This document shows, one piece after another, positions 50,573 to 60,202 of a stretch of 64,000 nt of DNA (position 1 is the first letter of the stretch; every line of letters begins with the position of its first letter). The position numbers were made by a program, and so were the translations under genes. This DNA is from Thermoproteota archaeon (GTDB lineage: Archaea > Thermoproteota > Thermoprotei > Gearchaeales > Gearchaeaceae): assembly GCA_041640715.1 (NCBI GenBank), contig JBEPZU010000001.1, positions 10,535 through 74,534 on the forward strand, read 5' to 3'. Under the pieces are notes generated by a model, which saw only the letters and a list, made by a program, of their open reading frames with translations, was not told the origin of the DNA and searched no databases.

Positions 50573-51797
50573 ACTCATTAATCTTTTTAGGCATTATTAC
50601 GCAAACCTCAAAGAAGAAGACATAATAATAGATGATCTAGACAAAAGAGAGTTTGCATTCTGGAATTTCGACGAATCCACTATGAGACGGCATATATCTT
50701 TTTTAGATGGAAAGAGCTTGAAAGAATTTTTAATAAAAGTTCCTCCTAGGCATGCTTTTTACTCGATTAGCACCTATGAATATCCTTCTTCGACTAGTAT
50801 GGAATTAAAGAATATAATTCGAACAGATTTGGTTTTTGACATTGATATAGATCATATACCAACGCCTTGTAAATCTAATCATGATTATTGGGTTTGTAAA
50901 TCTTGTGGTAGTTCAGGAAAAGGGTTTTCTGAAAGGTGTAATTCATGTAATAGTAGCTCCATAGCTAAATTTAGCTTTGTTTGCAATGAATGTTTGGATT
51001 TTGCTAAAGAAGAAATTTTAAAGCTTATCGAAGATTTCTTATTCACAGATTTAGGCATCAATAAAGATGAGGTGAAAATATTCTTCTCGGGGAATAGGGG
51101 ATATCATGTACATGTGAAAAATGAAGAATTATCTTCTCTTGATTCAAGAGCTAGAAGTATGCTAGTAGATTATATAAAAGGTACTTCCTTCAGGCTCTAT
51201 TTCTTCGAATTCCTAAAAAAGAAGGGTAGATTACTGGGAATCAATTCTATGGGTTTCTTTTCAAGATTTGCTGAAAAATTATTCGAAGAAATCATGATCC
51301 TAAAAGAGGAGGATCTATACAAAGAAGGCATGAGTAGAGAAAAAGTTAGAGAAGTAATGGAAAAAAAGGAAAAAATACTCCAAGAACTTCAACAGCATGA
51401 CTTAAGCTATAGTTTCTTAAGATTATTAGGCAAAAAATCAAAAGAGTTGGTATATAAGAGCATTGCTGCTTCTTCTGTAGAAATAGATGAAAGGGTCACA
51501 GTAGATCTTCACAGATTGATCAGGATGCCTAACTCTTTGCATGGAAAGACCGCTCTAAGGGTTTTCCCTTTGAGTTATGAATCTTTGGATTCCTTCGAAC
51601 CTTTTAAGGATAGCATAGTGTTTAAGAAAGGTTATGGTAAGGTTTATTACAAAGAAAAAAGATGGTTCCCTAAGTTGGTTATGAATGGAGTTGAATATGA
51701 TCTAAATGAGTTGGAGAACAAGGAAATACCGCTTTATTTAGCTTTGTATCTTCATTTGAATGGCTACGCTGTAATGTATGAGCTCTCATATTATTAA
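50559..51797 (+). CDS. priS: DNA primase small subunit
   Basis: REFAF, LVFDIDID, FSGNRGYH, IDERVT, RMPNSLHGKT. Confidence 0.97.
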   Translation: MLENKLINLFRHYYANLKEEDIIIDDLDKREFAFWNFDESTMRRHISFLDGKSLKEFLIKVPPRHAFYSISTYEYPSSTSMELKNIIRTDLVFDIDIDHIPTPCKSNHDYWVCKSCGSSGKGFSERCNSCNSSSIAKFSFVCNECLDFAKEEILKLIEDFLFTDLGINKDEVKIFFSGNRGYHVHVKNEELSSLDSRARSMLVDYIKGTSFRLYFFEFLKKKGRLLGINSMGFFSRFAEKLFEEIMILKEEDLYKEGMSREKVREVMEKKEKILQELQQHDLSYSFLRLLGKKSKELVYKSIAASSVEIDERVTVDLHRLIRMPNSLHGKTALRVFPLSYESLDSFEPFKDSIVFKKGYGKVYYKEKRWFPKLVMNGVEYDLNELENKEIPLYLALYLHLNGYAVMYELSYY

Positions 51798-52254
51798 GAG
51801 GCTTTATAATAAGCTTTTGGAGGAGAAGTTAAATCAAACTTCCTTCTCTTCGAATAAGGATTTTTATGAAAGTATAGAAACAATTTCCAAGCCTATTTAT
51901 GAAGAAAGAAATTTAGAAGAACGAATAAAGAATTTGGAGATAAAATTAACTAAAGTATTAGCAAACGCTATTTTAAAACATAAACTGAAAAAAATCTCTA
52001 AGGTCTTCTCTTCTAGTCTTTTAAATTCTTATCATCTGAAGATTTTATCGTCTGTAGAGGCAAAGCTGAGTAGAAGGCTCTACGAGAATTTGCGTCTGGT
52101 AAGCATAGAAGAAAATATTCCTATAGTAATAGGAGAAGACGGTATAAGCTATGGTCCTTTAAAGAAAAGAGATATAGTTTATATATCTGAAGATTTCTCT
52201 TCTTTATTAATAAAGAAAAAACTAGCGAGGGTGCTGGTCGATGAAAGTACCTGA
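51778..52254 (+). CDS. GINS subunit (Gins51/Gins15-like), divergent
   Basis: C-terminal GEDGISYGPLKKRDIV B-domain; between priS and L44e. Confidence 0.72.
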   Translation: MSSHIIKRLYNKLLEEKLNQTSFSSNKDFYESIETISKPIYEERNLEERIKNLEIKLTKVLANAILKHKLKKISKVFSSSLLNSYHLKILSSVEAKLSRRLYENLRLVSIEENIPIVIGEDGISYGPLKKRDIVYISEDFSSLLIKKKLARVLVDEST

Positions 52255-52522
52255 TAAGATAAGGACGTATTGTCCAAGATGCAATTCTCATACTGAGCAT
52301 AAGGTTGAACTTTATAAGACAGGTAAAAGGAGGACTCTTGCTCAAGGACAAAGAAGATACTTGAGGAAGAATTTAGGTTATGGCAGTAAGAGAACTGCTG
52401 AACAGAAACGTTTTGCTAAGACTACTAAGAAACAGACGCTTAAGCTAATTTGTGTCAAGTGTAAGTATATATCGCATAGGAAAGGAATAAGATTAAAGAA
52501 GCTGGAGATCATTAAGAAATGA
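52241..52522 (+). CDS. rpl44e: 50S ribosomal protein L44e
   Basis: TYCPRCNSHTEH, GQRRY, GYG, KTTKK. Confidence 0.98.
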   Translation: MKVPDKIRTYCPRCNSHTEHKVELYKTGKRRTLAQGQRRYLRKNLGYGSKRTAEQKRFAKTTKKQTLKLICVKCKYISHRKGIRLKKLEIIKK

Positions 52523-52722
52523 TGGTCAAAAAAAGAAAGGAAATAATACCCAGACCTAAAAGTTGTTTTATTAAAATTAAATGTCCTAACTGTGGTGCTG
52601 AAAGGATAATCTTCGATTATACCACCACCCTGATAAAATGTAGAATCTGTAATGAAGTGCTTGCTCAACCTACAGGAGGAAAGGCTTTGATTAGAGGTAA
52701 GATAGTAGCCAAATATGGTTGA
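52519..52722 (+). CDS. rps27e: 30S ribosomal protein S27e
   Basis: KCPNCG...CRIC...PTGGKA. Confidence 0.98.
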   Translation: MMVKKRKEIIPRPKSCFIKIKCPNCGAERIIFDYTTTLIKCRICNEVLAQPTGGKALIRGKIVAKYG

Positions 52723-53500
52723 TTTCCCTAAGCTTAACTCTCTAGTTATAGCCACTGCTAAAAAAGTCTTAGAACATGGTGCTTATTTCTATTTAGACGA
52801 GTACGGTGGCATAGAAGCTTATATGCCTATAGGCGAAGTATCAGCAAGCAGAGTAGTAAATATAGAAGACGTTATTAAAGAAGGTAAAAAGTATGTTTGT
52901 AAGGTTATTCGCGTAGACCCTTCTAGGGCTCATGTCGATATTTCTCTTAAAAAAGTGACAGAACAAGAAAGGAAATCTAAGATGATAGAATGGAAAAGGA
53001 ATCAAAGAGCCATCAAACTCATAGAACTCACGGCTGAAAGAGCGAAGATGAATAAAGATCAATTATTTAAAGTTTTATCTCAATATATAGGAAATGAATT
53101 TATTGATTATTTATCTATATTTGAAATGCCTATAAGGGAAGGTTATGAAGTTCTTGATAAATTAAACTTAGATAATAATATAAAATTAGCAATAATTGAA
53201 GTAGCAAAAGAACATATAAAAATTCCTATACCAGAATTAAAAGCAGAGATCGCTTTATTTACTTTAGCGAGAAACGGTATTAATATTATAAAGGAAATCC
53301 TAGCAGAGTCGTATAAAAATATAGCTGAAATTAAGGGTTTAAGAAAAGTAGAAATAACTTATATAGGTGCTAGCCGATTTTTAGTGAGTATTCAAGCAAA
53401 TAGTTTCAAAATAGCTGAACTTGCATTAGAAAAGTTTGAGAGTTCAGCTAAAGAAAATTCTAAGCGGTTAAATGTTAGTTTCTTTTTCAAGAGACTTTAA
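52715..53500 (+). CDS. eif2a: Translation initiation factor 2 alpha subunit
   Basis: S1 domain GAYFYLDEY, KVIRVD...VDISLKKV. Confidence 0.96.
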   Translation: MVDFPKLNSLVIATAKKVLEHGAYFYLDEYGGIEAYMPIGEVSASRVVNIEDVIKEGKKYVCKVIRVDPSRAHVDISLKKVTEQERKSKMIEWKRNQRAIKLIELTAERAKMNKDQLFKVLSQYIGNEFIDYLSIFEMPIREGYEVLDKLNLDNNIKLAIIEVAKEHIKIPIPELKAEIALFTLARNGINIIKEILAESYKNIAEIKGLRKVEITYIGASRFLVSIQANSFKIAELALEKFESSAKENSKRLNVSFFFKRL

Positions 53501-53669
53501 CTAATTCGCCTCTTCTCTTCCTTATAGTATAGAATTTTATTTCCCAGTATTTGTCCAAAGGAGAAAATTTAGGAGGATGAATATTTTTCAAGTCTTTAGA
53601 ATTGCAAATAGGGCAAGCTTCTTTTATTGTGTACCTATTACACTTTTCGCATTTTCTTATAGAGTTCAT
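53487..53669 (-). CDS. nop10: H/ACA RNP protein Nop10
   Basis: IRKCEKCNRYTIKEACPIC...HPPKFSPLDKY; ATG overlaps aglB stop (ATGA). Confidence 0.95.
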   Translation of the reverse strand: MNSIRKCEKCNRYTIKEACPICNSKDLKNIHPPKFSPLDKYWEIKFYTIRKRRGELVKVS

Positions 53670-55780
53670 CTTCTTTCTTCTATTCCTATCTTCCAAATCA
53701 ATACAGACTTGTTGGGTGATTGGTATACAAGCGTGAAGTATAGAGGCATGCCTATCTGTATTTTATTCATAATATTGGGATTTATCTCTCTCACCCCTTT
53801 CATGTTGAAGAAAAGTAACTTATATATCAATGCGTCTTTAGCCTTCTCGCCGATTGGTAGTGTTAGGCTGATAGTTTGTAGTCCTATATTTAAGGTAGTT
53901 TGGTTTAAATAATACTTCCTTACCTCTTCGTCGGTGTAATTGAAAGCAATCCTTATCATCCAATAACTTTTCTCCAAATCGCCTCCGACTGGTAATAGAG
54001 TTCCACCAACATCAAGCATTTGCTCGTATACTAGCAAGTAAGACGCTCCTAGTTTCTTGAATATTTGCAATGAAGTATTTTCATCGCTTACCAGGGCTTT
54101 GGCTATGAGATTTATTTGAGTATAATTGAAGTTGGCATTATCAGCTACCGAAGGTCTTCCTGTATTAACCGTTATCCAATAGCCGTAGTCCCACCAGGAA
54201 GCTATCACTGCATCTTCAGGTAAATTATTTTTTATCCATTCAAAAGTAGCTATCCAGTCGTACGTAAGACTACCTGTTTCGGTAGATAATATACTTTGGG
54301 GTAAAGAACCAACTCTAATTGGATTCGTTTGTGCGGAGGTGGCTGTGAATAGAGTTAAGAGGACCAAAATTAGCAGGAATATTGCGCTATAGCTCGTAGG
54401 TATACCTTTAAATAACTTCACTCTTCTTCTCTCAAGATATTCCTTTTTTGTTCTGAACGTATTCGCGTAGGTAGTTATCAATGATGCAAGGGCAAAGCAA
54501 CCAACTAGTATGATTGGTTGGGCTGAAAGCATAAAAAGTCTATTTACACTAGATGTTGCATGTAGTGATGTTAAAACTGCTAAACTCATAAATATATCTG
54601 TATTGCTAGCTCTTTTTACTAATAAATAAGCTCCTAAAGGTAGTAGTATAATCATCAAATTGAGGTTTAAGAAGTACTGTGCCCAAGTTGCAGCGAAATG
54701 CTCGCCTACTGACTCGAACCACGGATTATTTGACTTACCGAAGGGGTTTATGACTATAGAGAGTTTACCTGGTAATGAGGCTAAATAACCAAATCTTACT
54801 AGAACAAAGATCCCTGCAAGTATAATACCCAATGCTCCTGCAAAATATAGGGGTAACCTAGCAGTGTTTATATTTTTAATGTATTTGAATAAGTATAATT
54901 CTGAGAAAGTAAAAATATAACCGGCATAGGGTAATATCATTGAAACGCTAACTAGAGTAGGCGTAGCTCTAGGTATGAGTCCTACCATGATCAGCGCAAT
55001 AGTCATGCTTATCAGGTAAGTCTTAAGTATATTCAAGTTACTCCTTCTAATCAATATCAAAGTTATCGTAGTAAGAGCTAGGAGATTTAACAAATAAATA
55101 TAAGCACCCCATGTCATCACTAGAAGCGCAAGGGAAATTCCATTTACGAAAGGCCAAATTTTAGTTTTTCCATTGATAGACTTTATGTATGAAAGAATGA
55201 ATAAAGCGATATAGATTTGCGATATGCCATCGTCATCGTAGAAGCCATAGCTTGTCCTTGTTATCGTAGCGGCGGAAATTGCAAAGAAGAATGAGGCTAA
55301 TAATCCAGTTAATTTGTTATAGATTTCTTTACCTATGAAATATAATATCACCGAAGTTATAGCTGCTGAAAAACTTGGTATTAAACCTACTACATACATC
55401 AAAGGTAAGTTTAAGCCTATCAGCTGGAGTATTAAATAAATAAGAGCCCCGAGAAAAGGTACCCCTGGATAGGCCGTAGCGGGTATATTTCTGCCTGATG
55501 GGTACCACATACTGTAATCTTTACTTTGGCTAAACCACTCTATGAAGCCGTACCATCCTCTTTCCACTATCCAATTGGTTTGATAGTATTGGAACCATGG
55601 ATCGAATTCGTTGAGGAAGATTCCATATTTTAAAGGCATCAACCTTATAGCTAATGCTATAATAAAGTTGAAGCTTAGGATCAAAACTATTAGAGAAGTT
55701 TCAACAGGAGGCTTAGGTATCTTTTCAAAGTATTTTCTTAATGGTTTAAACAAATTTTTTAATGCCTTTTTTACAGTCAT
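53666..55780 (-). CDS. aglB: Oligosaccharyltransferase AglB (STT3)
   Basis: EFDPWF, SVGEH, WWDYG, DNA, DLEKSYWM; many TM segments. Confidence 0.97.
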   Translation of the reverse strand: MTVKKALKNLFKPLRKYFEKIPKPPVETSLIVLILSFNFIIALAIRLMPLKYGIFLNEFDPWFQYYQTNWIVERGWYGFIEWFSQSKDYSMWYPSGRNIPATAYPGVPFLGALIYLILQLIGLNLPLMYVVGLIPSFSAAITSVILYFIGKEIYNKLTGLLASFFFAISAATITRTSYGFYDDDGISQIYIALFILSYIKSINGKTKIWPFVNGISLALLVMTWGAYIYLLNLLALTTITLILIRRSNLNILKTYLISMTIALIMVGLIPRATPTLVSVSMILPYAGYIFTFSELYLFKYIKNINTARLPLYFAGALGIILAGIFVLVRFGYLASLPGKLSIVINPFGKSNNPWFESVGEHFAATWAQYFLNLNLMIILLPLGAYLLVKRASNTDIFMSLAVLTSLHATSSVNRLFMLSAQPIILVGCFALASLITTYANTFRTKKEYLERRRVKLFKGIPTSYSAIFLLILVLLTLFTATSAQTNPIRVGSLPQSILSTETGSLTYDWIATFEWIKNNLPEDAVIASWWDYGYWITVNTGRPSVADNANFNYTQINLIAKALVSDENTSLQIFKKLGASYLLVYEQMLDVGGTLLPVGGDLEKSYWMIRIAFNYTDEEVRKYYLNQTTLNIGLQTISLTLPIGEKAKDALIYKLLFFNMKGVREINPNIMNKIQIGMPLYFTLVYQSPNKSVLIWKIGIEERR

Positions 55781-55819
55781 TGACGGATGATTTAAATAAA
55801 GTTCTACTATTTAAGTATT

Positions 55820-56203
55820 ATGAGTGAAAGATATCCTAGGGACAGGAAGTATACAAAGGATCATGAATGGGCAAAAGAAGAAAAAGGGCTTGTTTATGTA
55901 GGTATAACATGGTATGCTCAATCTAAGCTTAAAGATATAGTCTATATAGAATTGCCTAAAATGGGCAAAAAGACAAATAAAGGAGAGGTTTTAGCGGTTG
56001 TTGAATCTGTTAAGACAGCATCTGATGTTTATTCGCCTATTAGCGGTGAAATTGTTGGGGTCAATGAGAAATTGGAAAGAAATCCTGAATTAATAAATAA
56101 GGATCCTTATGGTGAGGGATGGATAGCTACGATTAGACCTAGCAACATTAATGAACTTGATGAATTACTTACTGCTGAAGAATATGAGAAACTAGTTTCT
56201 TGA
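55820..56203 (+). CDS. gcvH: Glycine cleavage system H protein
   Basis: HEW, VESVKTASDVYSP lipoyl-Lys, DPYGEGW. Confidence 0.97.
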   Translation: MSERYPRDRKYTKDHEWAKEEKGLVYVGITWYAQSKLKDIVYIELPKMGKKTNKGEVLAVVESVKTASDVYSPISGEIVGVNEKLERNPELINKDPYGEGWIATIRPSNINELDELLTAEEYEKLVS

Positions 56204-56698
56204 TCTTTTTTTCATAAAAATATAAGGCAGAGTATATCCTTTGTTTTTCATAACTTTATACCAAGTATCGTATGCTATATCTAGATATTTTTTCATTTCA
56301 GCAGGTGTCTTAGCTTGTTGGCTCATATAAAGGCTATATTCTATTATAGCCTTAGCGTGTTCTAGGTCATCAAAATTTTCAATATTTAAACTTTTTTTGT
56401 TTACAATCTCCTCAGCTTTTTTTATATCGAAAGCATAAAGCGTTTTCCTCCTGAAACTTGAAAAAATGATCCAGATAGTGCTGACTATTAGGGTAAGAAA
56501 AGATAAGTTTTCTAGCAACTTAAAATTTAGGAGTTGCGAAATAATATAAACAATTCCTCCTATCGATAACCCTATAATGCCTATAATGGGATTAGGTTTA
56601 TTTGTCAAAGTGAAGAGATCTATGAATGCTATATCATAGATCAAGGAAAGCAAAAAAAGCCTTCTTAGCTGAGGAAACCATTTCAGTTTGTCATTCAT
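56192..56698 (-). CDS. Hypothetical membrane protein
   Basis: About three hydrophobic segments followed by a soluble helical tail. Confidence 0.7.
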   Translation of the reverse strand: MNDKLKWFPQLRRLFLLSLIYDIAFIDLFTLTNKPNPIIGIIGLSIGGIVYIISQLLNFKLLENLSFLTLIVSTIWIIFSSFRRKTLYAFDIKKAEEIVNKKSLNIENFDDLEHAKAIIEYSLYMSQQAKTPAEMKKYLDIAYDTWYKVMKNKGYTLPYIFMKKRSRN

Positions 56699-56749
56699 CG
56701 AAAAAATAAATTAGTAAAGGTTATAATTAAGAATTAGTGAAAGTGTAGC

Positions 56750-57124
56750 ATGGCTAAATTAGAAAGCATTAAGAAGTTCATGAATTTATTGTCCTATAGT
56801 GTACTACCTTATCTTTTGCCTTTAATTATAATCGCATATTTGTCCGGTTTTGTGTTCATAGCCACTCAAAACGCTCTACCTTATTTATCTGGGCAACAAG
56901 GTATAATTATAATATATCCTTCTTCATCGCAACAAACTGTACTTGAAACGACACTTGTTTATATTACTCTTTTCTTCCTGTTCATTAGTCTTCTAGCTTT
57001 GCATATAATAGGAAATAAAAAATACCATTCTAGACCGCCCACGCTTCTATTGGCCTTTTCTTTATTTTTATTGATAATCCTGTTCTTCATACTATTGATT
57101 ATGTTGGTGCAAAAGTTTAGCTAA
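56750..57124 (+). CDS. Membrane protein, OST3/OST6 (OSTC/DC2)-like
   Basis: Three TM segments; SG-x-F...PY...IYPSSSQQTVLET pattern and terminal K. Confidence 0.6.
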   Translation: MAKLESIKKFMNLLSYSVLPYLLPLIIIAYLSGFVFIATQNALPYLSGQQGIIIIYPSSSQQTVLETTLVYITLFFLFISLLALHIIGNKKYHSRPPTLLLAFSLFLLIILFFILLIMLVQKFS

Positions 57125-57660
57125 AGTGGTTTTTTCTTAATTCCCATTCTATAAGCTGCGAGATTGGTCATAATATGTATTAAGAAAGTCATTATGAAAA
57201 GATAAACTACCAGATCATAGGGTACTGCGCCGAAAAATATAGATCGCATTAAAATTGCAAATACCAAAAATCCCGTTTGATCAAATATAGGAAGTGTATC
57301 ACCTCTTTCGATTCCCAATCTTCTCTTCAAAAAAGAACCTACTAAATCGCCTGTTATTGCTCCAATTATAATGGTCAATCCTTCGAATTCGTTTATATAC
57401 AGATTTAAAATATTCAACCTCTTATCTATATAGAAGAAAGCTAAGAAATACGTCAGTCCTACAAAGAAACCGAATGTTGTGCCTTCTATAGTCTTTCCAT
57501 CTCCGAAAATTCTTCTCCCATCTTTTAGAGTGAATCCAAAATCTAGAGGTTTTTTATTTTTAAGTATGCTGCCTAAGAAAAGAGGGGCTGAATTTGCTGC
57601 ATATGCAGGAGATATATAGAATAAAGGCCAAAGATATATGAGTATGAAGTCTAATTCCAC
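57121..57660 (-). CDS. carS: CDP-archaeol synthase
   Basis: PAYAANSAP, DGRRIFGDGKTIEG, GDLVGSFLKRRLG, DQ, Y.MGIKK. Confidence 0.96.
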   Translation of the reverse strand: MELDFILIYLWPLFYISPAYAANSAPLFLGSILKNKKPLDFGFTLKDGRRIFGDGKTIEGTTFGFFVGLTYFLAFFYIDKRLNILNLYINEFEGLTIIIGAITGDLVGSFLKRRLGIERGDTLPIFDQTGFLVFAILMRSIFFGAVPYDLVVYLFIMTFLIHIMTNLAAYRMGIKKKPL

Positions 57661-58211
57661 GGCTTCAGACTCTTTATATTTAGGATAGTTGTTTTTATTT
57701 TTTTCTCATCTTTAAAACTAATTTTGAGATTCTCATCCTCTTTATTTGTTTCTAGAATGTAATCGCACCAATAAATGAAGACCTTGTTGAGTATTTCGTC
57801 ATCTTTATTTGTTATAAAGATATTTGTATGTTCCTTTTTTTGTGTAAGTAATGAAAGATAGCATAAAAGACTATTAAAATTGATATAATATTCAATTATA
57901 TTTGTTATTTCTAAATTTAAAATTGATAGATCATCAAAAATGAACACCGAATTGTCATGATCTATATTATTTTTTTTAAATATTATTTCTATTAAATCAT
58001 TGAGTTTATAAAATTCTTTAAATGATATATTAATTTTTTGATCAACATTGTCTATATAATTAATTAGATTATATATGTTTGAGAAAAAATAAATTATTTT
58101 AGTTCTATTTAGCTTAGAGGCAAAATAAAAAGCGAGTAGTGTTTTACCGCTTTTCCTTTCACCGGTTATCAGTAAATTTCTTTTACTTATCTTGAGTAGA
58201 TCAGTTAGCAT
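57651..58211 (-). CDS. Small RecA-superfamily ATPase (RadB/aRadC-like), divergent
   Basis: GERKSGKT Walker A, FIFDD Walker B, IFITN. Confidence 0.65.
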   Translation of the reverse strand: MLTDLLKISKRNLLITGERKSGKTLLAFYFASKLNRTKIIYFFSNIYNLINYIDNVDQKINISFKEFYKLNDLIEIIFKKNNIDHDNSVFIFDDLSILNLEITNIIEYYINFNSLLCYLSLLTQKKEHTNIFITNKDDEILNKVFIYWCDYILETNKEDENLKISFKDEKKIKTTILNIKSLKPWN

Positions 58212-58213
58212 AA

Positions 58214-58288
58214 CGCCCTGGGAGGGATTCGAACCCTCGACCTGCGGCTTAGGAGGCCGTCGCTCTATCCTAGCTGAGCTACCAGGGC
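58214..58288 (-). tRNA. tRNA-Arg(CCU)
   Basis: GCCCTGG/CCAGGGC acceptor, anticodon loop CTCCTAA, GAGGG-TTCGAAT-CCCTC. Confidence 0.97.
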
Positions 58289-58392
58289 AACTACTTTAAT
58301 TTTATCTTTTTTTATACTTAACTCTTAATGAACAGTCATTGATTAACCGTTACTAGTAAGGATGCTTTATATATAAGTTTAAAATTACAACT

Positions 58393-59223
58393 GTGAGAGC
58401 CATCTCCACAGCCTTAGGCTCTTTCTTTTTAGCTTCTTTGATCGTGACTTCTACGGCTTTTTATTTATATTTAAACGAACAGACTTTGAAAGTTCTTTCT
58501 TTATATTTAGAAACCATAAGCTCATACGAAAAAAACGATGATGGAAGCGTTCTTTTTTCTTTAGCCTCGTTTGACAAGTATTACGTTAATTTTGTCAAGC
58601 CTTTGAATTATTCATGTTCATATGGTAGGATACCTGATTTAATTTTAAGAAAAGATCATATCACTTTTTGTTCCGATAAAGGCATAATTACTCTTTTATT
58701 TTCTTTTAAGAATGTTTCTTACCATGAAGGCAAATACAAACTTGAAATGGATTATCGTTTGTTTAGTGATGAGGAAACAAATAGCATCAACATAAGCGCT
58801 GTGGTGAAAGAAAAGAAAATCAAATTGGTTGAATTAGAAGTCAAATCTTCAAGTTTTTCTACTCTATCAATTTCTTTAGATAAAATAACCGAATATTTGA
58901 GAGATTCAAATGAAATAGATATCCTTTTAACTATATCTTCAAACAAGACCAATTTTATCAAATTCGATTTAGTAAGTTTATACATTAAGATTCTAAACGA
59001 AAAACCACATTTCTTAATCCTCTATCTTTATAACTTAAGTACAGAGAATATCTTGCTGAATTTTGTACTAGTATTTAATTCGACGGATGTTGAGATCTTT
59101 GATATGCGAGTAAATTTGTTTCCTCTTACATTATATAGTCTTAAAATCAAAACTTTTATTTCGAATCCTTTAATTAAAATAATTACTGAAAAAGGCAGTC
59201 AGCTCATTAGAGTAAGCAATTAA
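58393..59223 (+). CDS. Hypothetical protein with class III (type IV pilin-like) signal peptide
   Basis: RA/ISTALGSFFLASLIV hydrophobic N-terminus, then a beta-rich region. Confidence 0.6.
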   Translation: MRAISTALGSFFLASLIVTSTAFYLYLNEQTLKVLSLYLETISSYEKNDDGSVLFSLASFDKYYVNFVKPLNYSCSYGRIPDLILRKDHITFCSDKGIITLLFSFKNVSYHEGKYKLEMDYRLFSDEETNSINISAVVKEKKIKLVELEVKSSSFSTLSISLDKITEYLRDSNEIDILLTISSNKTNFIKFDLVSLYIKILNEKPHFLILYLYNLSTENILLNFVLVFNSTDVEIFDMRVNLFPLTLYSLKIKTFISNPLIKIITEKGSQLIRVSN

Positions 59224-59246
59224 TACACCAAACTTTTTCTTCAATT

Positions 59247-60173
59247 ATGGAAGAGATTAAGGACATCGTATTAAAGCCTTCCATGAAGATTTCAGAGTTG
59301 ATAAAAGAGTATGGTAAATCAGGTGCTTTCATGTCTAAATATCTCAGTGATGCATGCGAAGTTTTTAAAGAGATGATATTGTGTGATGACTGCTTTACAT
59401 TTCTTTCTTTAACTGGTAATTTGGTTGCTACAGGGATTAGGGGGGTTATAGCTGAGATGATAAGACAGGGTTTCATCGATGCGGTAATAACTACAGGCGG
59501 CGCTCTAGATCATGATATTGCTAGATCATTTGGAGGCAAATATTACATAGGCGATTTCGATATGGATGATAAAGAATTGCATGAAAGAGACATACATAGA
59601 TTAGGTAACGTCTTGATACCTTTAGATAGTTATGGGCCCTTACTAGAGAAAGTAATACGGAAAAACTTAACTGCCATATTAAGCGGTAAGGATTCAATTT
59701 CTCCTAGAGAATTAGCTAAGGAAATAGGGAAGATAATAAGCGATGAACACTCTATACTGAGACAAGCTTATCTTAACAACGTTCCTGTCTATTGTCCAGG
59801 AATTGTAGATTCCGCTGTAGGCACCATTCTGTTTTTTTTATCCCAAACTAACAAATTTCAATTGGATCTTTTTAAAGACATGAAAGAATTGCTAGATATA
59901 GTATATTCGTACGACAAAACCGGTGCTTTGATAATAGGAGGAGGAATAAGTAAACATCATGTATTATGGTGGAATCAATTCAAAGAAGGCCTAGATTATT
60001 GTATTTACATAACTACAGCCATTGAATACGACGGCAGCCTCTCAGGAGCTAGGACGAAGGAGGCAATTTCTTGGAAAAAAATCAAGCCTGAATCTAAACA
60101 AGTCAATTTGTTTTGCGAAGCCAGTATAGTCTTACCTTTATTATTGATGTATGCTTTAGAGGAACTGCAGTAA
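59247..60173 (+). CDS. dys: Deoxyhypusine synthase
   Basis: TGNLVATG, TTGGALDHD, RLGN, GGGISKH, DGSLSGA, EAISWKKI. Confidence 0.97.
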   Translation: MEEIKDIVLKPSMKISELIKEYGKSGAFMSKYLSDACEVFKEMILCDDCFTFLSLTGNLVATGIRGVIAEMIRQGFIDAVITTGGALDHDIARSFGGKYYIGDFDMDDKELHERDIHRLGNVLIPLDSYGPLLEKVIRKNLTAILSGKDSISPRELAKEIGKIISDEHSILRQAYLNNVPVYCPGIVDSAVGTILFFLSQTNKFQLDLFKDMKELLDIVYSYDKTGALIIGGGISKHHVLWWNQFKEGLDYCIYITTAIEYDGSLSGARTKEAISWKKIKPESKQVNLFCEASIVLPLLLMYALEELQ

Positions 60174-60202
60174 ATTAAATAATTTCATAAAAATAAATTT
60201 TT

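Noticed and set aside
58240..58262. A-C mismatch at the top of the tRNA-Arg(CCU) anticodon stem as an editing site or pseudogene sign
   Set aside because: Single 27-43 mismatches are tolerated and the rest of the cloverleaf is canonical
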